A DNA stretch of 64,000 nucleotides from Amphiscolops sp. MND2022 (lineage: Eukaryota): NCBI GenBank assembly GCA_964187785.1, contig OZ076414.1, forward strand, positions 4,402,001-4,466,000, read 5' to 3'. Below the pieces are notes generated by a model. The model had not been told where the DNA came from, made no database searches, and was given only the letters and a program-made list of their open reading frames with translations. Numbering within the stretch: the stretch's first letter is position 1; every line of letters starts with the position of its first letter. Below are positions 48,225 through 61,836 of this stretch, piece after piece. Made by a program: the position numbers and the translations under genes.

Positions 48225-48545
48225 GTATGACAAAGGTGTACCAACGAAAAGGTCGAATCAAGATGTTAGGACTGTTGAAGCACCGACGAAATTCGAACCA
48301 ACGTGATTAGTACGGAAGAGTTGGTGTACCAGCCCGTAGCTGAATCACTTTTTGTCATTAGTACAGAAAGATTTGATGTGCCGACTCGAGGTCGAACCAC
48401 TTTGAATGGTTAGTACAGAAGAATTGATGTACCGACTTTATGTCGAATTACTTTTGTTATTAGTACAGAAGAAATGAAAAATTGTTTACCGATATGAGAT
48501 ATATCACTGATGTGATTAGTACAGAAAGACGAAATGATTCAGTCG
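48225..48545 (-). repeat. Degenerate ~55-bp tandem repeats in the Gypsy 5' UTR
   Basis: About six units, each with TCTGTACTAA and TCGAC-N5-6-GTCGGTAC-like motifs on the element's sense strand. Confidence 0.75.
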
Positions 48546-48596
48546 AGTAAAAAACGGAAGGAAAGAAAAAGATTTTGGTTTTTGAAAAAGAATATT

Positions 48597-48833
48597 TGTT
48601 TTTGGTTGGGAAGTTATTGGTGGATTTTAGATAGATTATTTTGAAGAGACAGTACTTTAGGGAAGACTCTAACAGTGCTGCAGTAATAAGGGAACTTGAT
48701 GGTGAAGAGTAAATTTTGCTGTGTTGAGATATAAATCAGACTAGAGATTTACAGTATTGATAAAGGTATTGAATACAAACTAGGTATAGCTTGATTATAT
48801 TACAATTCAGAGTTCATAATTCAAGTCTAGACA
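48597..48833 (-). repeat. LTR (5' LTR) of the old minus-strand Gypsy element
   Basis: 237-bp TGT...ACA direct repeat of 7958-8200; no canonical TGG PBS and no matching TSD seen. Confidence 0.75.
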
Positions 48834-50599
48834 TCAACAAGGAGGGCATTACGATACACATCCCGGTGAAATGTATTTCAGTCACGCAGCGTAATCTGTG
48901 TAATCCGTAAAATGGTCATTCAGCTTAAGTTAGTCAAGAGGGTCTATGCTTCAACGGTGTAGCTGTGTCAACGCCGTAATGGGAAATAGTGTAAACTAGT
49001 CAAAGCACGTAGTTAGTGAAAAGTGGAAGTTAGTCCAAAAATACTCTTTTTCGTAATTCCGTCAAAACTTTGACCAATTTCTACATTTTGCAAATTGCAG
49101 ATCGCTATACCCTTCTCCCGTGGGAGGGTGAATGATCGAATGTAGTTCATAGGTATTTCAACGTAACTATGACTCCTAAACCCAATACAAACGTCCCGGG
49201 TTTCCTGACCAGGCCGATCAAAATCTGAATAAATTATGGCACCATACAAACCCTACAAATTTTCATACTATGATCTTGCCATGATCGGCCTGGAATCGTA
49301 TATGGTCCAGAGTATGATCAGCTTGGAATCATAAATTTTTGTTACAAACGCGGGTTGACGTAACTTGCAACCCAAACAAACATTTTCAAATATTGAGAAC
49401 AGCCTGCCTTTTAGAATGAGGGCAATAGAGCCATATTCGGCCTTTTGCATCAGCGAACGATACATTGCAGGTCAGAACTCCGTTCAATTCTTAGCGGAGT
49501 TGAAGACAAGCTATAGTCACTCAATTAGTTCTCAGCAACTCCTTAGTTAATAACTAACTCTTTTGGTAGAGCAGTACCCACTATGCAGTGTGATTTTCAC
49601 TCATTTCCTGTAAAGTTACCAATAATTCAGCAAAAGTTGCCACAAATCGATTATTGCTACCTTGTTTTCAATTTGATGATTGTATTATACCTTGGTTGAG
49701 GAAAATCTTGTAGTTTCATCAGTGTATGCGTTAATTGAATACATCATCCTAATATTCTTTCTATGGCTCCAGGCTGACCCAGAATATAGTCAGGCTAGAA
49801 CCATGAACTTTGCTATTTTAAGGAACATGGCGTATCATAGACTGGACTATATATGTCCAGAGTTTGATCAGCCTGGAATCATGCTGTGAGTATGATGGCA
49901 GAGTTTGATTGACCTTTTTTGTATGGGAAGGAAACTCGGGGAAACTTTTCTTGCTGGAACACATAAAAGTGTTTAATTGGTAGCACAAAGCTACAATCTA
50001 AATCAGATGACCAATGCAATTCTAATATATTTTTTGAAAAATGATGGTTCGGTTTAGCTAGAGTGAATACAGTGTCGTAGCTTTCCCATCCGATTCTTTG
50101 TTTTAGGCTAATTTCTGACGAACTGAGGGTCTTTTGCCATGGGAGCAGAATCCACCACCTAATAAACTTGCTGAGAAAAACTTTCAGGAAAAAATGAATG
50201 ATAAATTTCAGAGTGCCATTATTATTCGACATAGTTGTGTACATGGTAATGAGCGCAGCATGTTCCTCATGTTTGCAATTGCAAACATCAAATACATTCT
50301 ACCTTGTAACTTGTCTTTGTGGACATGTTAAAACATTCGAAATTGAGAGTATGTATAAGAGAAGTCATTCATTCTTAAACTATCGTTATCAATTGGTCTC
50401 ATTCTCAGTGAGAACACAACTCAATGAAAGTCAAAAGACAGTATTGATGAGTTTATGAGTCACTACAGTTCAGTGAAGTCATGAGTCACTCTAGTGATAT
50501 GCTTCATCCACTCGGCTGCAATGAAGGGGCGCGTAGCGGCTAAGGAGAAAACAAATAAGCACAGCGTTGCGGAGCGAATCGTCACGGAGCGAAAACGCG

Positions 50600-53500
50600 A
50601 GACAACGGAACGACAGGCCGATCGAAGGTTCCAAAGGCTAGGTTGTCTTGACTGTGCAGACGCGGACAACGCCATCTCGTCCACGGCGGGTAGCTGTGAT
50701 TCGTCCAAGAGGCCGTATTCCACGTTGTGTAAAATCGTGGAGTATCCAAACAAGATCACCTACTCTTAGCGGATGTAGGGCAGTCGACCACTTCCCTCGA
50801 GGAGGAAGATTAGGGACTAATTCTTTCGGTAACCTCTTCTATACGTGGTTTGTCACTTTCTGAAGGTCTTTGTTGATTTAAACGGAAGTGGTTGGTCAGA
50901 GCTGTAAAAAACTTCAGGAAGTAAAATGGCATAAAGTCGATGCATTAGAGAATAGTTGGGCGTCAGTGGCTTTGCTTTCTCCGGCTGATCGGCAACATGC
51001 GAGAGTGGGCGGGAATTTAGCATCAGCTCTGTTCCTGCTAAAAAGGTGGTGAAGAAATCCAATGTGAGCTTCTGCGATCCTAGGATCAAAAGTGTTAACT
51101 TGGTTGTCTGAATCGACCTCTCCCATGCTCCACTGAATTAGGGAGCTGACGGTGGGTTGAAATCCCAATGCATATCGGCAGCTTGCGGTCTTTTTCCTTT
51201 GGAATAATGAATACCTTCGTTCAAACTGTCCTGGAAAAACGACGGGCACCATTAATGTTGGTTCCATTGTCGGAACGCAAAAGGGGTGGTTGTCTCCGTG
51301 TAGCCAGCAATCGTCGAAAGGCGTTCAAAGAATTGTCACAAGTGAGGGAGGGACACCCTTCTAAATGCCATGATTGTGTTATCAGGCAATTAATTATGAT
51401 GTCATAATGTTCATCGGTTGTTCGGCAATTGACGATGAAGAAGGACCAAAAACATTACCTCCTGTTTTTCCGATCAGGAACGGATAATCAGCGCTCGGAA
51501 AACGGTATGACGAAAGTGGGGCCATTTTCGGGGACGGGCAGAAACGGTGAAAATCAGAAATCGATGCTGCAGAAACGCGTTGGTATCGTCTGTTCTAGCG
51601 TGATGGCAGACGTCGAAATAAACAATGTTGTAAGAGGAGCTGAACGAAGCAGATCCGCGCGTAGAACGATCGGCATGTGTGTCCAGGATGGAAGAGCTAT
51701 CGTGGTGGGAAAAGACTCAGTTTTCGACTGTCGGAAAAGCAGGTCATATGCGCGTTGAAAGTAATCAGTGGTGAGCCTGCGGTCAGACGAGCGGTTTCGG
51801 ACGCGGCGGAAGAAGCGGCAAACTTGAGCGGTTGAGCAAAGGAGATGAATCAGAAGAAAATCGATTGATGTTCAGATCAGCAGATTGAAATTTCATTTCA
51901 ACGGCGGCGCAAATACTTTTAGCGGACAGAAGAGAACGGCGCCGCGGCCAACAGTGCGGTGTTTGGGTCAATAGTGGACGATTTGAGTCCATTTATGTTC
52001 GATAGCGTCGGGTTTCAAACCTCCCTTGCCATAATTGGCTGGGTTTGAATCGGTGGGTGCGTATCTCCAGTCAACGTAAGATGTAGAAAGTCAACTCTGT
52101 TGGTGACAAAAGTCTTCAATTGGTTGCGAGCTTGGATTCTATCGAGAACAACACAATGCATGAAAAAAGAAGAAACAATGACGGCAAAAGATGAAATCGT
52201 GGAAATATTTAAAAACATGCAGATCAACTGAATTCATTGATCAGAAAATGCAGCGTGGGACGTCGATTTTAGGAATTGACGGTACTGTGCGACGAGTTTG
52301 TCAACGATCAGCTGAATGACTGACTTCTGGAATCTGTTTATCCGAACTCTCGCGAATAATTTGAGTTTGTAGACGAAAGGTGCGAGTAGTCCAAACGGTT
52401 CGAAAATAGAAGAAATGAGACTGAACAGCTGGCGTAACGTTGATGGTGTCGTAACAGTTTCTGGCGGCCGCACGTTGTAGGTGTCGTCTTTCGAGGACCA
52501 GTTTCGACCAATGACGGTTTAGTCTCAACAGGTTTTTGTGTTCGATTCCAGGAAGATGGTCGAGGAATGCAGAATTGTTGGATTGCGAATTTGATGGGGC
52601 GGAAGCCATCTCTAGGTAAGACAGTTGGTAGGTCGGATGTAAATTTATAGGCATCAATAACTGTCGGCAAGGACTGGGTTAAGTCAACCATGTATAAACG
52701 CTTCAGTACGCTCGCTGTATGCGCAGTAATGGTCGCAATGGTCAAAGAAACAATTCTGGAGGGTAAAATTGGCACCAAATGGGGAATAAAATTGCACCAA
52801 ATATCAATCGGTGTATTGATATTAGCGGACCAAGTGGTCTTACCGCCGCGGGAAGCGCAAAGCTGATTGATGGTCTGTTCGGATGGCGATTTGCATAAAC
52901 AGGCCCTTCGATATTTGATTAGACACCAATGACAAGTTCGCGGAATTGAAGGATAAGCACAAGATCTGTGAGCAGGTCAGGTCATGTTAGGAGATTGTCA
53001 CTTGGGGATAATCTTTTGAATATCGATGCTGCGTTGCCTACTTGGCGCACTTTTCCTAGCTTGTTGGGGTTTCGACGGAAGTTTTGGAGTGTACCAATGT
53101 GTTCAGGTGGTAGGTGAGTCATGATGACTGGTGCGATGTAGTTTTTCTGTAGATTGCTTTTGATAGTCGAGTTGAACTTCTGCACTGACCCTGGTTTTTC
53201 TTTCAGGCGTTTTAGAGTCTGCAAAGCTGGCACAAAGCAGCGAAGTAGTTGTTTGGATGGACGGCGTCACGTTTCTGAGGGGGAGACCAATTTCATAACA
53301 TTCACAGTTATTGCGAATGGTGTCTTCAACTGTTCGAAGAGCTTGTTGCTCTGTTTTTCAGTGGATGATGAACTGGCAGTTCAACAGCTGTTTTTTAATT
53401 TCCAAAAATGTTGCAAAAGAGCGACCTCGAGAGGCGTGGAGAGCGGTTGTTCGGGAAAAAGATTAACGGTTGCGTAAAAATGAGATGTTTTATTTGACGG

Positions 53501-54990
53501 CTTTTCTTTCTTCGGGGAACATGGAGCTTCGCAGCAATGGTCCATCCGAATTCGGTTCGGATCCCGGAAGGGTTGTTGGCAGTGCCTCGGATCCAATCAA
53601 AGGCATAGGTGAAGTCCGATGTGTTCGATCTTGAACGGATGAATGAAAGTACGTCAATAGCTCACTTTACAGTTTACGCTGTCCATTTTGCGAGGAGAGT
53701 ATGTTACAGTTTAGCTTTTGCTAAAGATAAAACTGTGGAGGATTCCAGATTGTCTGTGTAATGATGATCGGTTGAAACCTGTAATATTTGCCTGAGGAAA
53801 ATGGTGAATGACACAAAAGTGTGCGGATTCTGTGATGTTATGCGTGACCACGACTCCAAGCGGTTAATGTATGCACAAACGACATGAAGTGGGGAGTCAA
53901 AGTGGGATTAGAGCTCAACGAGAGCTAAATCGTAGAACACAGGGTTACATGAGTATTCAGGAATCCGCGGCTCGTCCGGTTACCGAATTTTGAAGTTGAG
54001 TAATTCGGTAAAGTTGTGTGAGAGAGTCATTACTGTGAATCGTGAGATGCCAATGGGTCAACGCTGAATTTAGGAAGTTGAATCGGGTGTAAATTCATGC
54101 AAACAGATGTATAGTTGGCATCTAGCTGGGGAAGATAAATCGGCTGGTGGTTGTGTGTAACTGCAGCATCTGTGTTGCGGAGCTGTTGTCAGCCGGTGTA
54201 TTTGTATCTTGTTAGGGGCGAGTTGTAAAGGTGGGTAGACTGTCAAAGCACTGCTGCACAATGTTGGCTGACTGCCGGAAATTGGATTGAGTTATCTGAC
54301 CAATTTTGGAAGCATGTTCTCGAGTGTAGGCTGTAAATGCTGGCTGCTGTTCGAGATCTGCCGCTGTTCTGAATGGTTGTTGAAGGTTGGTTGATGTAGA
54401 AGTGGTGGTAACTGTGTAGGTCGTGGTATGGTTTGCACATTCGCATACTGCTAAAGATCCATTGAGCTACTACCGGTTGTGCTGGTGCAGTTTTGTGGTT
54501 GAAGGTTGTTTCCAGTGCTTGAGGGTTGTCGTTCCTGAAGTACGTTGTCGTGGTCCGTAACAGTTATTGAGTTTTCAGTTGGTTGTGTACCTGATTTCTT
54601 GTGTTGCTGGCGATCGCGTGTCATTGGAAGTGTTGTTGTCGAAGACGGTGACTAGATGACGGAAGAGCTCCGGTCATGTCTAAGATGTGAAGGGCTTCCC
54701 GATTTGTGGCAACTGTTGAAGCGGAGTGTTGACTGTCGGATCTGTCGCTGTCCGTTTGTGTCGATAGTTTGCAACTGTGCAAGATTTTGACACAGACGAG
54801 TAGGCTTCTCATTGTATTCCAATTTAGGTGCCACGTAATTGCATGCGTTCTGGAACTTCAATTCAATGAGTTTGAACTGGTTGGTCAGGTTTGCAATCTT
54901 CGGGTTGACCATCGTTGCTGTAGTTGTTATCTGGAAACAACCTGGGAACCTATAGAAACCCAACGGACATGCGAAGAACGCAACGATCGA
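50600..54990 (-). mobile_element. Decayed BEL/Pao LTR retrotransposon internal region
   Basis: Fragments NPNKLGKVRQVGNAAS...DNLLT (RT), IQARNQLKTFVTNRV (RNase H), ELMLNSRPL...PLTPN (integrase), and VRVCTVKT in the C-terminal region. LTRs not resolved. Confidence 0.85.
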
Positions 54991-55036
54991 TAAACTGAAC
55001 ACGAAACGATAAGTTTTGTTTACCTAATCCGAACGA

Positions 55037-56790
55037 TCTACAAGAAGGACGATGACAATGGTGAATGCGAATGGACGAACCGGGTAAAATACGAAATTCT
55101 TAGAAGACATGGAATGAGAGACATTTTCCTGAACTGCTTGATGGACCTACTTGAAACAACGGCATACATGGTGAAAAGAAAGGAAGACGACAGCGACCAA
55201 TTGATACCCCAGCGAGGTCTACGAGAGGGCTGTCCGACCTCACCCGTCCTGTTCAATGTGTACCATCAGACAGTAATACAAGCAGCAGAAAAGAAACGCA
55301 ACAGAAAGACAGTGTCTTCGGGTCAACCAATGAGAATAGCCTGGAGCTAGATCGATGACGACAAACCCTTCAACGAACAAACAGGAAAATTCAACTCAGA
55401 AGCCAGACGAACGCATTTCTCGATCTCCCTTTTTACCGATGACACAACTGTTCAACTGTTCTGGATACGGCCGAGGAAATGAAACGAGGATGTCAAGCGA
55501 TCAAAGAAACGATGCAAGAGTTCGAGAAGAAGAACAACGAAAAAAGGAGGAAAAACTCATTTTCGGAGATGAGGAATCCAAGGGGATACGGATGCTGGGC
55601 AGTTGGGTAGACCCTGGGATAGATGTAGCAGAATAAAAAGAGCAGGCTTCCTATGGTCCAAAGTAAGACCCCAGATGCTAAAAAGCCGATTGTCTAAAAG
55701 ACAACAAGCCATAATCGTCCAAACTTGCGTCGAGGCCGGTCTTCTGTTCGATGCCGCTGTCCGCCCCTGGTACAAAAGCGAAATCAATGAAATGCCACAG
55801 TGGAGAGACAGAAGATACCGGTACGTGTGGATTAACAAGAAAGAACCTCCCCTGATAACGATGGAGAGAACACACACGGAGATGCAGGACATCTGTAATC
55901 AGCTCAACATCAAGACGCTTCAATGGAACATAGAGAAACGAATCTTACAGCGGATAGGTCATGTTCTCAGAATGGACTGCGCGAGACCTGTCGAAGCGGC
56001 TGTTCTTGGATGGTCACCTGCTCTAGAAACAATCCCTAAAGAGAGAACCAAACGAGGATCACTCCAATATTGGAGGAGACTTGTCAAGGAAGCTGAAATA
56101 AACCCTTCAGACTTTGGGAAATACAAGAAGGATAGAAAAGCGTAGAGGATGACAATTCATAGTACAATGGCCCATATTGAATGATGGGAGAAACAAAGAG
56201 CAAATAAACCCTAAGACTACGAGACAGTTGAAACCAGAAATTTCCCTAAAATTGAGCAGTCCCTCACATGCTCACAATGCGGGAAAACGTGCCGAACCGC
56301 CGCCGGTTTGGGTGTCTGCCCAAATTGCACCAGAATTTTCAAGACTGAAACTACACGGACAAACCACCAGCGGTCATGTTACGAGGAATATTCCCCGGAA
56401 ACACACAGAACCTGTACATCATGCAATAAGTCATTGTCACGAAAAAAATCGCAAGACACGAAAAAAGAAGCCAACCAATAAGAATCCCTTGCAAATTTGA
56501 CCCAATCAAGGAATTATAAAGCCAAACACACGGAATGTCCCGATTGCACCATACCCATCTCCGCCACGAACCTGGCTCGACATAAAAACACTTGCCGAGG
56601 CCAACCCAGAGGAAAACTAGCCACGGCGTGGGTGGTGAAATCTAAAAGAAAAAGAAAGAAGAACCGGGCAGGACACAAGATGGAGTAACTGGGCGAACTG
56701 ATTCGGAACTGGACTTACGTCTGGTACTGACCTGATCAGGACGGTGCTGCGAAACCTAGAACGGGACTGGACGACTCCAATAGAAGACAT
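55037..56790 (+). mobile_element. 5'-truncated non-LTR retrotransposon, RTE-like, degenerate
   Basis: RGLREGCPTSPVLFNVY, LFTDDT, SRLSKRQQAIIVQTCVEAGLLF, LQRIGHVLRM; C-terminal Cys/His clusters CSQCGKTC and CPDC...LARHKNTC. Confidence 0.82.
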
Positions 56791-57281
56791 AAAGAGCTAC
56801 GCGATTCGTGGTTCAGATATTTATCTTGTTTTCTTTGACAGATGCTTTTTTGTACTTTTCTTTAATCAGAGAGGATCAGAAGAAAACTCAAAAAACTGGA
56901 AACAAGAAAACGTTCCCCTAACTTTCCTAAATGCAGCTAAGGTAAATTGGAACTAGCATTTTTGGAATGTGTGTTACATCATTTCAGCTTGTGTTGTGTA
57001 TACTACGTATGAGTACAAAAAAGGTTAACTTACAAAGTACCTGTTGTTTATTAGATGTAGGATTTCAGTCTGTCTTGATATAAAATCTTATTTCAGATGA
57101 GATGAACGGCGAAATGAAGTACTTTAATGAGGCGCTAACAGAACTGCAGTATAAGGTCCAGTTATAGAACAACTTGGTGGTAAGACTTTATTATCCATTG
57201 TGAAGAGACTACAAAAAATTGTTTTACAGTTATAATTTATGTGATGAATACGATTTAGGTTACATTATTATTCAAGGCAAG

Positions 57282-57660
57282 TGTTGGCATAAGACATCAG
57301 AATAGTTTTGTCAATTAATTCGTCCACGGTGGATCAGTCTTTGCTTTCGAACCGGTCAGAGTGAGCTCGAATCTGCGACAGTGCCTTTTTGTTATCTTCG
57401 TTCATCCATTCTTGACCTCTGAGTTATCAATCATATTATTTGACATTCATAATATTGGTCATTTTGTAAACGTTGTTCTTAGATACGTGTAAACAACCAG
57501 ATGAGACCTTTTTGTTGCCCCTTTGGCTTTAATTGCCTAATTTGCTGGTTAACAACCTGCTAACAACCAGTTCCCCACTATCGTTTCTAAACTCACTCAT
57601 TCATATTCATACCGTTACCATGACAAGAAATCGTCAATAAAAGTTATCAACTTTCGTCTT
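57282..57660 (+). repeat. BEL 5' LTR (3' end and PBS apparently deleted)
   Basis: Direct repeat of 61422-61800 at offset 4140; about 24 substitutions in ~370 bp by eye. Confidence 0.9.
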
Positions 57661-60600
57661 CTTGTTTGAGAACAATACCTCAATCTTTAGCTTCAACTCC
57701 ATCAAGAGGGGCTCATCGTTGTGGCCTCACAAGACGGGCTACAGCAATCCGGCAAGCCGGCGGAGCACTCGAGGATGTGCAAGCCACATTGGAGTTCCTG
57801 ATCGATCGTCGAAAGATGCTGACAGAGTTGGATTCACAGATTCAACAAATCATTGAAGAAGACGATGAGCTAGAAGCTGATGTGGATGAAGCTGCAGATG
57901 TGTTCCTGGCAGCAGAAAGGGCAGTGAAGTGGTGTCAGGCCAGGACCAAGACCTTGCAGCCTCCAAGCTCAAGCGCCGCAGCGGCAACATCAAGTGGTAG
58001 TCTGACTACGAAGCTTTCCAAGCTGACTCTTCCTTCATTCAGCGGCGAGTATACGCACAATGGGTTTCCTTCTGGGAGCAAATTACAACACTGGTTGACA
58101 GCAAACGTTACATGACCATCGTTGAGAAGCTCTCTTACCTCAAGTTGGCTCTGAAGGGTGATGCAGCCCAGATAGTTTCATCTTTGTTGGTCACTGATGC
58201 AAACTACGACGTCGCCAAGTGAAAGTTAGAGGAGCGTTACAACAACAAGCGTTCAATTGTGAAAGCGCACTTAGCCTCAATTCATGCCTTACCAGCAATC
58301 AAAAAGGAGTCAAGTGTTGAGTTGCGCAAGTTGTTGGAGTCGTCCAATGAACATGTGCAAGCACTCGAAGCCTTAGGGTTTCCTGTCGATCATTGGGATG
58401 CAATACTTGTGTACTGGCGGCTGGAGAAATTGGATGCTGAGTCAATGAATCAGTTTGAATTGGCTCTGCCTGGCACAGATGTGTTAACATTCAAAGAGTT
58501 AACTACATTCATGGACAGACGAAGTCGTGCATTGGAAGCCAGCGGTGACCAGCCTGAAGCTTCTACCCCCAAGACGACTCCTAAGAAGGTGTTTCAAGAT
58601 GCCTACTCCTCAACTGTTGAGCGCTCCACGAGTTGTCAGATGAAAGAATGCAATGGGTCACACTCGATCTCTCAGTGTGATCGCTACAAGCAGCTGGGCA
58701 CACGTGAGAGAAAGACAATGGTGAGGAAGCTCAAACTGTGCATGAACTGTCTGGGGCGGCATTTCGTGGCTGACTGTCCATCGAAGTTCAGCTGCCGCAC
58801 TTGCAACTGGAGGCATCAAACATCACTACACTTTGATCGTCCAGTCGAACAGCAAAGTGTTGTGACGAGTGGTGCAACATTCAGTGGTCCCTTTGTGCTT
58901 CTCTCAACAGCAATGGTTGGCATAGATGATGCAGCTGGGAAGACATTGATGTTCCGAGCCTTGCTGGACTCCGGGTCTCAAACATACTTCATCACAGCAG
59001 AGGCTGCATCAAAACTCAATCATGCACGTTCAACAGTAGACGTGAAGATATCTGGGATTGGTGGACGGCAACAAGCAGCCAAGGAGTCTTCAGTCTCCTA
59101 GTGGGTCCACAAAAGTTGCCTGTTACAGCACTAGTGCTGAACTCAATCGCAGGTAATATACCTTCTCAATCAATTAACTTAAAACAGTTGAAGTGAATGA
59201 AAAGTGTAGCACTAGCAGACAAAAACGTCCATCAACCTGGCCCCGTTCAATTGCTGCTGGGCGCGGATGTGTACGAGGATCTCTTTCTGGACGAGAGGAA
59301 GAAGGATCATGAGCTTCACTATCGCAAGTCTATCTTAGGCTGGGTGGTCACAGTGTGCTGGGAGTGTTGGCTCAAATGCGTGCCTACCAATGTCAATCCT
59401 TTCGAACTGCAGTGGAACTGGACCTTGCTCGCTTCTGGGAAGTTGAAGAGATTCCTTGAGTGAAGCCGATGTCCAAAGAAAATCGTCAATAAGCGGAACA
59501 TTACGATACGACGACCTATGTGGCAGACGACGGCTGCATCACAGTTCGTCTTCCTTTCAAGTCTGAGGCACGTCCCTCGAACAACTTCCACACAGCAAAG
59601 CAGAGATTGTTCGCTTTGAAGCGAAAACTCAAGGATCACGGTGATGTGAAGCAGCAGTATCGTGATTTCATCAAAGAATTTGTAGACATGGGTCACTTGG
59701 AAGAAGCTCCTCAGACTTCAGGCTTGTGTTACTACCTACCCCATCACTGTGTATTCAAGGATAGCACAACGACCAAGCTCCGTGTCGTGTTCGAGGCTAG
59801 CAGCAAATCCCCGAATGGCAACTCGCTGAACGATTGCCCATTGCTTGGGCCCCGCTTGCAGGACGAGGTGTTTGATATTCTCATTCGCTTTCGCCTACAC
59901 AAATATGCGTTGTCGGCAGATGTAGCAAAGATGTACCGACTAGTGACTTTAGACAAATCAGACCGTGACTTCTATCGAATTCTGTGGCGTGACTATCTGA
60001 CAGATGAGATCCGAGAACTGCGTATGACCCGTCTCACGTACGGTGTTGCCAGCTCCTCCTACCATTCAACCCGAGCACTTCAACAGAGAGGCAAAAATCA
60101 TGGACCCAATCCGAACACATTGATGGTGATTCTCAACGACTTCTGGGTTGATGATTTACTGAGTGGGGCTGGTACACTGGAGGAAGCATGCGTGCTTCGA
60201 GACAATCTGTTGAAACCCTCAACAAGAACTGTCTCCCACTACGCAAGTGGAGCAGCAACGAATCATAACTGGTCACTCGCCTTTCAAAAGACCTTCAAGA
60301 AGCTGGCAAGGCGTACGAAATCAGCGATAAAACCCATCAAATCAAAACACTGGGACTAACGTGGCATCCTCTAGAGGATCACTTTGTGTACGCAAGCAGT
60401 AGTGAATATGTTTCAATCATTACCAAACGAACTTTACTCAGTGATGTTTCATAGCATTTTGATCCAATTGACCTCATTGCCCTAGTTCTCGTAGTAGCCA
60501 AAGTCATCATTCAGACTTGCTGGAAGCTGGATCTCGAGTGGAAAGATGCAGTTCCAGATGATGTGTCACGGGCATACACAAACTGGAAAGATGACATGAG

Positions 60601-61421
60601 CTCGCTATCACAACACAAGATACCCCGAAGGGTGCTGCCAACCCACTTGTACGACGAAGCATCCTTGCAAGTCTTCTGTGATGCCTCGGAAAAAACATAT
60701 GGTGCCTGTGTCAATCTGGTGTCAGTCAAAGATGATATCGTCTCCTCAACCCTCATCTCCTCCAAATGCAAGGTGGCTCCGATGAAACCTTCAACTCTCC
60801 CACGACTCAAGCTCTTGGCAATTCACACTGGTGCCAAACTCGCAACAGCAGTCAAGCGGGCACTATCAAAATCAAAGCACGCATTGAACATCTCTGTGCT
60901 GTACTCAGACTCAACAATCGCCCTCTCATGGATCAAGGCATACCCTGCTCGATGGCATACGTTTGTGTCAACCCGCGTGTCCCAAATTCAGACAATGCTC
61001 ACCTGAATTCATTGACGTACCCTCAGAAGAAATCCCAGCAGATCTGTGCTCACGCGGACTGCTAGCAACGCAATTGGTGGCTCAGCAGACGTTCTGGTTT
61101 CAAGGGCTATCGTGGTTGGGATCATCATTTCCTGACCAACCTCAGACTCTCCTCACAAAGAGGAAGTCCGCCAAGAAGTCAAAACACTGACAGTGCTAAC
61201 TTCGCCCCGTAATTCGTTAGTAGACTTGGACAATTTCAACTCACTAGTGAAGTTGTTAAGAACACTGTGCATTTGCAAAGTAGCGTTTGAGAAAGATCTC
61301 AAGGCGATCTTTGGTCGGGAGGAAATGGCTCTCGCCTTACTTGCGGTGGTCAAAGCAGATCAAATGGTGCACTTTGAAGCCGATATATATAAATGAAACT
61401 GATATTTCATGGCCGGCGGGA

Positions 61422-61836
61422 TGTTGGCGTATGACATCAGAATAGTTTCGACAATTAATTCGTCCACAGTGGATCAGTTTTTGCTTTCGAACCGGTCAGA
61501 GGGAGCTCGAATCTGCAACAGTGCCTTTTTGTTATCTTTGTTCATCCATTCTTGACCTCTGATTTATCAATCATGTTATTTGACATTCATAATATTGTTC
61601 ATTTTGTAAACGTTGTTCTTACATACGTGTAAACAACCAGCTGAAACATTTTTGTTGCCCCTTTGGCTTTAAATGCCTAATTTACTGGTTAACAACCTGC
61701 TAACAACCAGCTCCCCACTATCGTCTCTAAACTCACTCATTTATATTCATACCGTTACCGTGACAAGAAATCGTCAATAAACGTTGTCAACTTCAATCTT
61801 CAGCCAACTTCAGCCCAAATCCAAGAGCCAAGAACA
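61422..61836 (+). repeat. BEL 3' LTR
   Basis: Preceded by the PPT-like GGCCGGCGGGA; 3' end at GAACA is tentative. Confidence 0.85.

Larger units (their letters stand above)
25111..48833 (-). mobile_element. Old, decayed, env-bearing Ty3/Gypsy element (continues to 7958 on the other side of the nested insertion)
   Basis: LTR 48597-48833, 5' UTR repeats, gag, two PR-RT-RH-IN remnants and env, all on the minus strand with many stops and frameshifts. Confidence 0.85.
57282..61836 (+). mobile_element. BEL/Pao LTR retrotransposon with integrase deleted
   Basis: LTRs at 57282-~57660 and 61422-~61836 (TGTTGG start). Gag KLTLPSFSGE with three BEL-type knuckles; protease ALLDSGSQ; RT YYLPHHCV...WVDD; RNase H FCDASEK and YSDSTI. 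No DDE integrase. Confidence 0.9.

Noticed and set aside
48225-48545. CRISPR-like repeat/spacer appearance (also 62650-62965)
   Set aside because: Eukaryotic retroelement context, degenerate repeats, related intervening sequences and no cas genes.
7958-48833. The two short LTRs as a proven single insertion pair
   Set aside because: No matching TSD and ~15% divergence; kept as probable, not demonstrated.
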